This document shows positions 9,893 through 17,700 of a stretch of 64,000 nucleotides of DNA, piece after piece. This DNA is from a virus. How positions within the stretch are numbered: position 1 is the stretch's first letter; every line of letters starts with the position of its first letter. Under the pieces are notes generated by a model that was given only the letters and a program-made list of their open reading frames with translations, did no database searches and had not been told where the DNA came from. The stretch lies in IMG/VR virus record IMGVR_UViG_3300030098_003955, one strand, 5' to 3'. The position numbers were made by a program, and so were the translations under genes.

Positions 9893-10842
9893 TGCAGCTA
9901 GAAGGCAAAAAAGTATTAGTCACTGGAGGAGAAGGCTTTTTAGGAAAAGCTATATGCCTGAACTTAGAGACTAAAGGTGCAGAAGTAATTGTGTTAAAAC
10001 ACAGCGAAGTTGACCTGTGTAACTTAGCAGATACGCTTGTGTTTGTTGACAGTGTGAAGCCTGACTATTGTATACATGCCGCTGGTCACAACGGAGGCAT
10101 TGAGTTTAACAGGATGTATCCTGCTGACATTCTCTATGCCAATACTGTGATGGGCTTGAATATACACAACGCCTGCACATTCTCTGGCGTTAAAAAGATA
10201 GTTTCAATCATGACATCTTGCGCATATCCTGACACTGGTATGGAAGTTCTGGAAGAAGACACTTTCTGGAATGGGCTTCCTAATAAAACAATTAGAGCTC
10301 ATGGTATAGCTAAGAGAATCTTGCAAACAGCTTCTGAGGCTTATAAAGACCAGTATGATTTAGACGCAGTAACTGTTTGCATTACTAATCTATATGGGCC
10401 ATACGACACATTTAACCTCGTCAGAACTAAGGTTGTAGGAGCTTTGATTAGGAAATTTGTAGAGGCGGTCATAGAAGAAAAAGATACGGTTGAGTGCTGG
10501 GGTACAGGAGCTCCTATGAGAGAGTTCATGTATGTAGCCGATGCGGCAGAAGCTGTGGTTCAATCATTACAAAATTACAATGATGAAACAAAGCCTCTAA
10601 ACATAGGAACCGGCAAAGACATATCAATTAAGGAATTAGTTGAAGGTATTGTTGAAGTCACTGGTTATAAAGGCGAAGTGTTCTGGAACACAGACAAACC
10701 TGACGGACAACTCAAAAAGCTTTTAAGCACCGAAAGAATGAAAGAGTTTGTAGAGCTAGAACCTACAGACTTCAAAGATGGCTTAAAGCAAACTATTAAT
10801 TGGTACACAGAGAATAAGCAAGAAGCTGATGCAAAACACTAA
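9892..10842 (+). CDS. fcl: GDP-L-fucose synthase family epimerase/reductase with an atypical active site
   Basis: VTGGEGFLG, IHAAGHNGGI, TSCAYP, TNLYGP, WGTGAPMREFMYV.D, NIGTG, DKPDGQ. The family is clear, but catalytic positions differ (see findings). GGAG RBS and TAATG coupling at 9892. Confidence 0.8.
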   Translation: MQLEGKKVLVTGGEGFLGKAICLNLETKGAEVIVLKHSEVDLCNLADTLVFVDSVKPDYCIHAAGHNGGIEFNRMYPADILYANTVMGLNIHNACTFSGVKKIVSIMTSCAYPDTGMEVLEEDTFWNGLPNKTIRAHGIAKRILQTASEAYKDQYDLDAVTVCITNLYGPYDTFNLVRTKVVGALIRKFVEAVIEEKDTVECWGTGAPMREFMYVADAAEAVVQSLQNYNDETKPLNIGTGKDISIKELVEGIVEVTGYKGEVFWNTDKPDGQLKKLLSTERMKEFVELEPTDFKDGLKQTINWYTENKQEADAKH

Positions 10843-11311
10843 AAAGATTGGTATAATAGTAAGAGATCTTAGTCCTAGTTACTTATCTTTCTGCTTGATT
10901 GACATGATTAATAAGCAGGTTGAAGAAACTCCAGACTATGACTTCACCATATTTTACGAAAACAGGTATCCTAACTCTCTTGACGTGTTGTGTTCTACAA
11001 TGTCGTCTAGTGAGATATGGAACTTTGATGGGGTATTAATATCAACAGATATTTCCACAACGCTTTCGTCGTTAAATTCGTCGAGTGTTCGTAGAAGGCT
11101 GTTCTATGTTTGGGACTTAGAATGGACTAGGCAGGAAGGTAAAGACTACGACTACGTAAGCAAGGCTTACAACCACAAAGAAGTTGAATTAGTTTCTAGA
11201 TCTGTAGATCACTCTCCTCTTTTAGAAAACTATTCAAACAAGAAGGTTAGCGGAGTCGTTAATGATTTTTCTTTCAAAGATCTAAAGGAGATTTTAGATG
11301 GACAGCAATAG
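10829..11311 (+). CDS. Hypothetical protein resembling a glycosyltransferase N-terminal half
   Basis: 160-aa coupled ORF. DGVLISTD..T...RRLFYVWDLEW resembles GT4/WsaF N-domain motifs. Confidence 0.55.
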   Translation: MQNTKKIGIIVRDLSPSYLSFCLIDMINKQVEETPDYDFTIFYENRYPNSLDVLCSTMSSSEIWNFDGVLISTDISTTLSSLNSSSVRRRLFYVWDLEWTRQEGKDYDYVSKAYNHKEVELVSRSVDHSPLLENYSNKKVSGVVNDFSFKDLKEILDGQQ

Positions 11312-12092
11312 CGAATTTATTAAGAAGCACGGAAATGCAATCAGCAAGATGTACCTAAAAGAAAGCAAGAGTACCTATGAGATTGCTCAAGAATTCAACA
11401 CATACCCAAACAAAATCAGAAGGACTCTCAAGACTCTTGGTGTGTCTCTCAGGGACAAAAGTAAGGCTCAAACCGTAGCTATTAAGAATGGTAGGCATGA
11501 GCATCCTACGAGAGGGAAAAAGAGGTCTGAGTCCGAGAAGATTGCGATTAGCAATGGTATGTCAAAGTTTTGGAACGACATGGAAGAAGAGGAGAGGGCT
11601 AGAAGATGTGAGATTTCTAGAAAGCAGTGGGCATCAATGTCGGACGAACAAAGAGAGCTTCTTAGAAAGTCTGCCACTGAAGCTGTTCTGAAAGCCAGTA
11701 AAGAAGGATCTAAGATAGAAAAATATATCTACAAGGGCTTGACCGCAGAAGGATATGAGGTTATCTTCCATAAAAAGAACTTGGTGTCTGATAGAAAACT
11801 TGAAGTTGACCTGTTCTTGCCGACCCTGAATCTTGCAATAGAAATTGATGGGCCTGCTCACTTTCTGCCTATATGGGGAGAAGAAAAATTGCAAAAGCAC
11901 ATAAATGCAGATGCTAGGAAAGCAGGTTTGTTATTGCAATCAGGGTTTGTATTAATAAGGCTTAAGAACATCACTAAGAATGTTTCCAAAGCCAACATGG
12001 CGAAGAGCCTTGGTGCTGTCGTCGAAGAAGTTAAGAAGGTGGAAAACAAGTTTCCGCCCAAATCCAAAAGACTTATTGAGATTGAAGTTTAA
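11298..12092 (+). CDS. Vsr / DUF559 / EDxHD-type endonuclease with N-terminal HTH and NUMOD3-like repeats (homing-endonuclease-like)
   Basis: MYLKE.KSTYEIAQEF...IRRTL (HTH); RGKKRSESEKIAIS (NUMOD3-like); EVDLFLP..NLAIEIDGPAH...D.RK...GFVLIRL. Confidence 0.8.
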   Translation: MDSNSEFIKKHGNAISKMYLKESKSTYEIAQEFNTYPNKIRRTLKTLGVSLRDKSKAQTVAIKNGRHEHPTRGKKRSESEKIAISNGMSKFWNDMEEEERARRCEISRKQWASMSDEQRELLRKSATEAVLKASKEGSKIEKYIYKGLTAEGYEVIFHKKNLVSDRKLEVDLFLPTLNLAIEIDGPAHFLPIWGEEKLQKHINADARKAGLLLQSGFVLIRLKNITKNVSKANMAKSLGAVVEEVKKVENKFPPKSKRLIEIEV

Positions 12093-13015
12093 TGAAGAAT
12101 TACGAAGACTGTACAGTTAAAGAACTGAAGCAAATTTTGAATGAACATAATTACTCCTGTCCTTCAGGAGCAAAGAAGGAGGATTTAGTAGGAATGGTCA
12201 AGGAACTTATGGAAGTAGATGGACTATCGGAAGAAGTAGAGGAAATCTTGGAAGGCGTAACCGAAAAGATCGAGAACATAGAAGAAAAGCTGGAAGAAAA
12301 GGTTAACGATGATTCTAGACCTTCAATGCACTCGCCAGAATGGAATGATTACGTCATGTCTCATTTTGAGCCACACGAGTTGGTCGATGGAAATCCAATT
12401 TGTGCAGGATTAAGAAGAGTCGCTGAAAAGCTTTTAGGAACGATTGTCGAATCTGGGCCGGATCAAGTATTTCCAGCTACAGAAGGAGACGGTCCGGGAA
12501 GAGCTACTGTAGTATTCAAAGTAGTTTTTAGCTGGATGGATACAGGAATGATGAAAGTCTTCAAGGAAGTAGCAGATGTGTGGCATGGTAATACTGATGA
12601 TTTGTTCTGCGCTCATCCTGTCGCTACTGCTAGCACGAGGGCTGAAGGGAGAGCTTTGAGAAAGGCTCTTAAAATAAGATGCTTAGCCGCTGAAGAATTG
12701 GCACGTAAAGACATCGCTGAGATTGTCAGGAGTGCGGTAACAGGATCTCAGGCGGTTAAGTTTGGAGATACTTCCAACTTAGGACAGGAAGGCAAGATTA
12801 CAACACAGCAGGTTCAGTATTTAGACAACGTATGTCTACAACTGGATATCAACGCATTCTCGTACATCAATTCGGGAGAACGAGAATACGACGCTGTTGC
12901 GGACATCCCGAAGGAAAAAGCTAAGCTGATTATCCGTAAGATTAATCAGTACAAAAATAACAAAGACCTAATCCCTGATGGTATTAAGGGATATGACCCT
13001 AACTGGAGAAATTGA
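12092..13015 (+). CDS. Rad52/Sak-like single-strand annealing protein with an N-terminal HeH/SAP-like DNA-binding domain
   Basis: TVKELKQIL...GAKKEDLV (HeH/SAP); GLRRVAEKLLG...RATVVFKV...ATASTRAEGRALRKAL; C-terminal ITTQQVQYL...AKLII. Confidence 0.65.
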   Translation: MKNYEDCTVKELKQILNEHNYSCPSGAKKEDLVGMVKELMEVDGLSEEVEEILEGVTEKIENIEEKLEEKVNDDSRPSMHSPEWNDYVMSHFEPHELVDGNPICAGLRRVAEKLLGTIVESGPDQVFPATEGDGPGRATVVFKVVFSWMDTGMMKVFKEVADVWHGNTDDLFCAHPVATASTRAEGRALRKALKIRCLAAEELARKDIAEIVRSAVTGSQAVKFGDTSNLGQEGKITTQQVQYLDNVCLQLDINAFSYINSGEREYDAVADIPKEKAKLIIRKINQYKNNKDLIPDGIKGYDPNWRN

Positions 13016-13350
13016 TGAAGATCACTTACAGTACCCCCAATAAGAGAATTACAGTTGAAATCGAGGCTGAAAGCCAAAGAGAGGCCTTTGCCGAGCTCGC
13101 AAACTTCCAAGAGGTATTTGACAATACTGAATGTGGAAAATGCGGCAGCGATAACGTTGTGTTCTGTACTAGAACTGTGGACGACAACCTCTACTATGAA
13201 TTGAGATGTCGTGACTGCGGAGCTAAGCTAAGCTTTGGTGTTATGAAGAAGGGCGGTAGGCTCTTTCCTAAGCGCAAGGACAAGGATGGTAAATGGCTTC
13301 CAGACAATGGATGGGTCAAGTGGAATGCTGAAACCCAACGCGAGGAATAA
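13015..13350 (+). CDS. Zinc-ribbon protein
   Basis: CGKCGS...CRDCGA; TGATG coupling and GGAG RBS. Confidence 0.75.
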   Translation: MKITYSTPNKRITVEIEAESQREAFAELANFQEVFDNTECGKCGSDNVVFCTRTVDDNLYYELRCRDCGAKLSFGVMKKGGRLFPKRKDKDGKWLPDNGWVKWNAETQREE

Positions 13351-13398
13351 GATGAGAGCCATCCTGAAGGTGAAATCCATTTAAGAGATGCTCAATAG

Positions 13399-13427
13399 AA
13401 ACCCTACCAGAAATGGTAGGGTTTTTT
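13399..13427 (+). terminator. Rho-independent terminator of the left operon
   Basis: AACCCTACCA-GAAA-TGGTAGGGTT followed by a T-run. Confidence 0.88.
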
Positions 13428-13435
13428 AATGGCAT

Positions 13436-13463
13436 AAAAAAACGCCCTGCGAACAGGGCGTTT
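13436..13463 (-). terminator. Rho-independent terminator of the structural operon
   Basis: Minus strand CGCCCTG-TTCG-CAGGGCG-TTTTTTT (UUCG tetraloop), 10 nt after the last gene. Confidence 0.9.
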
Positions 13464-13473
13464 GCTACGAGCA

Positions 13474-14184
13474 TTAGAGATATTCCAGCTCGACATATAA
13501 CCCATACTGGGTCTTACTGCCGATACTGTCTGGCGAAGCTGAGATGCCCACATACCAGTCATGCTGAGTGTACTGTCGAGTGTTTCCACTACCGTCACCA
13601 GCGTGTTGGCCACTTGGGCCGGGAGACTGAGCAAGGGGAACGTAAATCCCACTTCCGCCTACGGTATTTGTACCGGCTGGAAGTCTATCGCTGGGATTTG
13701 GAGAGCCTTGAATCGCTCCCTGAGCATCAGCGCCAGTAGAACTTGCACTACCCCACCAGACGGAATCTCCAGAGCCTTCTACACTTGTGCTTGTGGCTGG
13801 GTGAATAAACTCACACGCACGAGTAATCACCCCACTAGCAGGGTGGTTTTTGTTTACTCTGTCAAAGATTCTCATCTTGCAGTTCTGCGTTCTAACTGCC
13901 GTAGCGTTAGTAAACCTAATATTTAATGTAGCTTTGCTATTAGGAATGTATTTTAAGCCAGTAGGAGGCGTAGCCCACTGAACACTGGCTAAAGTGTCAG
14001 AATAGTATTTATTATTGTTTGTAGCGCCACCATTAGTGCTTCCATTACCATCGGTAATGAATGTAGTACTTTGAAATGTGTTTAGTTCTACCGATTGACC
14101 GAAAGAACCACCAAAGAATCCAAGTCCAGATCCCGAAAGGTGATTTACTGCGGTATTACCGGCATAAAATGCAATACTAGCCAT
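13474..14184 (-). CDS. Putative virion structural protein (Gly/Ser/Thr-rich, beta-rich)
   Basis: 236 aa with an AGGAG RBS and its own upstream GTGTATA motif; last gene of the structural block. Confidence 0.7.
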   Translation of the reverse strand: MASIAFYAGNTAVNHLSGSGLGFFGGSFGQSVELNTFQSTTFITDGNGSTNGGATNNNKYYSDTLASVQWATPPTGLKYIPNSKATLNIRFTNATAVRTQNCKMRIFDRVNKNHPASGVITRACEFIHPATSTSVEGSGDSVWWGSASSTGADAQGAIQGSPNPSDRLPAGTNTVGGSGIYVPLAQSPGPSGQHAGDGSGNTRQYTQHDWYVGISASPDSIGSKTQYGLYVELEYL

Positions 14185-14218
14185 TATGTTTTACTCCTAA
14201 AGCTATTAGGTCTATATT

Positions 14219-14227
14219 AATATACAC
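14219..14227 (-). promoter_or_regulatory. Putative late promoter motif GTGTATATT
   Basis: The same motif lies upstream of 50513 and 58269; here it is about 35-45 nt before the ATG at 14184. Confidence 0.55.
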
Positions 14228-14715
14228 TATTCTTGAAAAAAGCCTTTTGTTTTCTTAGGCTTCTTACCATAAGGGAATAGGTTGTTTAGTTTCTCTTGTC
14301 TTCCTCCGCATCCGCAGTCTTTACCCATAGCCTCAAAGGCGGTATCTACTACCTTTTTGATACCTGTGGCCTTTGTAAATTTTGCAAATGTGTCTCCAAA
14401 ACCTCTAGATTCCTTGGGAATTCTAGGATCTCCCATGAAGTATTCTTCTTGGCCTTCCTCTTCTTTAGCTTCCTCTTGGCGTTCTATCTCTTGACCAACT
14501 ACTCTATTGTCCACAATTCTGTGTTCTTGCATTGGCCCTATGCCTTGCTCCCACAAATCAAAATATTTATGATTGAACTTGCATAAATTTTGCAAACTAG
14601 GAGTCTTTTGGCATTGGTGTCTTGGGCAGTATATGTTCGACTCGCTATAAGGACAATCGCACTTTGTGTGCATGGAATCTGCCTGCTCGTCGTCGTTGAA
14701 AAATCCTTTTGTCAT
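14227..14715 (-). CDS. Small Cys-rich protein (N-terminal CxC..C..C module plus GxGDT...CGC..RQ..LN domain), possible tail-tip assembly factor
   Basis: CDCP...YCPRHQCQKT...LC; GFGDTFAKFTKATGIKKVV...DCGCGGRQEKLN. Directly follows the giant gene. Confidence 0.7.
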   Translation of the reverse strand: MTKGFFNDDEQADSMHTKCDCPYSESNIYCPRHQCQKTPSLQNLCKFNHKYFDLWEQGIGPMQEHRIVDNRVVGQEIERQEEAKEEEGQEEYFMGDPRIPKESRGFGDTFAKFTKATGIKKVVDTAFEAMGKDCGCGGRQEKLNNLFPYGKKPKKTKGFFQE

Positions 14716-17700
14716 TTACCCACCTCCTGTCTCTGGTCTTATAGTTCTTGCCTGTTCGTGTAGATGTACTTTTAGAACTGCCGTCCCAACTCCGGGCTCT
14801 GTCTGTACCATAACCGGACCTCCCGGAAGATCATATCCTTTTGATGTTATTATACCCTTCGGTGGCTTGAAGTGCTGACATGTTTCGTCTGGCATAAGCA
14901 TATAGTATGTCATGTTCAGAGGAAGATCGCTGTTGTTTTCTCTACAGCTCACAGAGGCGGTAGGCAGTGCTTCTGGGACGCCTATATTTATATTAAATGA
15001 ACCTACATGCCTACTCCAATATCCATATATCTTTTCATCTTCCAGTCCTAAGTCTTCTGGGAATACCCATCCGGTAAACACTCTCTTAGGGACGGCTCCT
15101 GACTGTCTTAAGAAATCACCAGCCCCATTAAACTGAGTGCCAAAGAACATATTTGGTTTTTTCGCAGCAAAGGTAAACTCACTTCCTATAGATGGTCTAG
15201 GCCGAACAGTGTCTGAACTAGGCATTCCTGCCACTTGGCTTGAAATTCCTCCATGCCCTTCTGGGTCGTTTTTCCTATAGCCTTCTAGATTTAATATATT
15301 TCCTCTGTCGGTTCTTTCTGAGAATAACTGGACATAATCATCGCTAGTACTAGGTGCGTGTTCCCTGTGAGAACAAACGGCACTGTAGGTCACACTTGGA
15401 AGACATCCGCCTTGGATACAAATGCCAGTAGGATCTCTCTTGTCACAGAAATATGTACACTCAGGATCTGCCACGCAACCATTTTCATCTTGCGCCTTGC
15501 TAAAGCATCTTCCGGCCACCTCGTCAAGCCTATCGGTCTCCCTGATTGCGCTAATTTCAAGCAGTGTTTGTCCTTCTATCGTCCAGTTTAGATCGCTGTC
15601 AATACCAAAAGATGTGGACTCTAATACGCAATAGTTACTTTCTTCACATGAGCCTTTGTCTAGGACTGAGCAATCAGAGGCGTGAGCGCAAATAAGAACA
15701 TTTTGCCCACCGCCTGTGGTTGAGCTTACAACAACAGTGTCGTGCTGAGCTCCGCAATGGGCGATCTCGTCTAGTCCTAAATTGTTAACTCCTAACAATC
15801 CACTATGCGCTCTAGAAGAAGAATCAATTGCAATATCATCAAGAGTTCCGTTTGGTTGAACTATCTTAGTAGTAGTACTTCTCAAGAACCTCTTAGTCTT
15901 GTCCGTGACATATCCAACAACACCAATGTCTGCTTTTGACAGTATCTCAACCGCGCTACTGACTTTGGTGATATCGTAGAGTTCTCTTTGGAATAGTTGA
16001 TCGGTCTCAACATCTGGCAAGAATGGAGAGAGAAAGGCTTCTCCTACTTTCTTTGTACCGTCCATTCCAGAGTAAAATCCCATAGAATTATGGTCAGAAT
16101 CAAATAGCTGTGTTGGATTTTGTGAATGCTGAATTGGGTATTCAACAAGGCCTTTTTTGTCTAAAGGATCGTATTTAGCTGACTTTTTATTAAACCCAAA
16201 TCTATCTGCGTTGTCTAAAGGATTTCTGCTGTATTTTGCTAGTCTAGTAAAGTCTTGTTCAAAGTCTGTCTGATGCTCCCAACCAATGACAAACGCCTTG
16301 GTGTCGAGAACTCTTACAATATGCTCTCCATCTAATCCAAACAACTCTCCATTGGAATCCTCTCTAGCGCAGAGAGGGCAGTGCGTAACATCTTCTTCTC
16401 CTTCTGTTTTCTCTACTTCGCAGTCTTGGCAGAAGTTTTCATCTAGACATCCTTTCTCTGTCCTAAACGCCTCTATCTGTGCTTGATTTCTACAGAACAC
16501 AGGACATCCCTGCTCATAATCATAAGCACTCTCTATGCTTGCGTCAGGCCCCCAGCTTCCACCAAGAGTGACTTCGCATATGGTTTTGTCTATCGTGTTA
16601 GCCTTAATTGTCACGCCAGCTATGTCTAGGACGCCACTATACCACACAAGATCAGGGTCTTTCTTGCAGTCCGCTTCGGTGATATTAAAGACAGTTCCAA
16701 AGCCATCTTTTTCATAGCATCCTGTATCCTTGGCGTCTGAAATTACAGACCCATCGACAGTACAAGCTGCATCGTAGCATCTATTGCCACTTATTGTAAT
16801 AAGTTCGTTGTCTAGTAAGTCATGATGTCCTAGTACATGGACGACAGTACCTAAGAATTTAGGAACCCAATATCCTCCAAGTGTAGTGCATTCTGTCCTT
16901 GTTAACGCTCTGTCAGGATCTGAAAGTTCTACATGATTCTCGAATAAGCAACTTCCGTTATCGCCAGTATCATAAACATTTTCGATTCTTTCAATGCTAA
17001 TATGCTTATTACCAATACCTGTAGTCGGATCATAAGGAACTACAGAAGTGTAGTAAGTTCCATTAATTGAATCTTCTAAGTTAAGATTATGAGCAGTAGG
17101 TATCAATCCTACTCTAGAGTGATTGACGCCTAGCCCAAACCCTACTCCAAAGGAATCTCCAACGTGAGTTTTTCCGGGTGTTTTGCCTCCACCAAAAGCC
17201 TGACTACCTACTTGCTGGGAACTCTGTACCGGCATTGGCATTGGATAATTACCATAAGGTGCAGGTAGTTGTAGTTTCTTTACAAAGAATGCCTCTGCTG
17301 GCTGTGGATCACCGTATTCATCTACCGGAATAAACTCTTCATAAATGGCGAACTGCCTGAAGTAAGCATTGTTATTAGTCATTAGCCCAGTCGCATCGTC
17401 AACCTTTATGGTTGTGTATGCTGGAAGCTGTATTCCAAACGATGATGCTCCTCTAGTATCTTTGATTTCATCAACTAGTCTAGCATTTCCAGAGATGTAA
17501 GGATTTTTACTTTTCTTATCTATACTACTTCCATTGTAGCTCCCGGTTTCGGCTTCAAACTTTTCAGCCTTGCCAACACTTACAAGAGTACCTTCGCCAT
17601 AGCTACAGCTTTCCCTGTTATCTATATGTAGTAAGTCATAACTTTCTTCATCATTCTCTATTCTTTCTACCCAAAAGACCCTTCTGTTTAGAGTTGGTTT

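Noticed and set aside
1-11311. Host O-antigen/capsule locus flanking a prophage
   Set aside because: No membrane export or polymerase genes, integrase or att-like junction are seen, and the genes are coupled to phage-type nuclease and annealing genes. It cannot be fully excluded without upstream sequence.
13404-13926. Overlapping ORFs 13413-13739, 13561-13926 and 13404-13652
   Set aside because: They overlap the 236-aa gene, which has an RBS and promoter motif, and two of them cross the terminators; no recognisable motifs.
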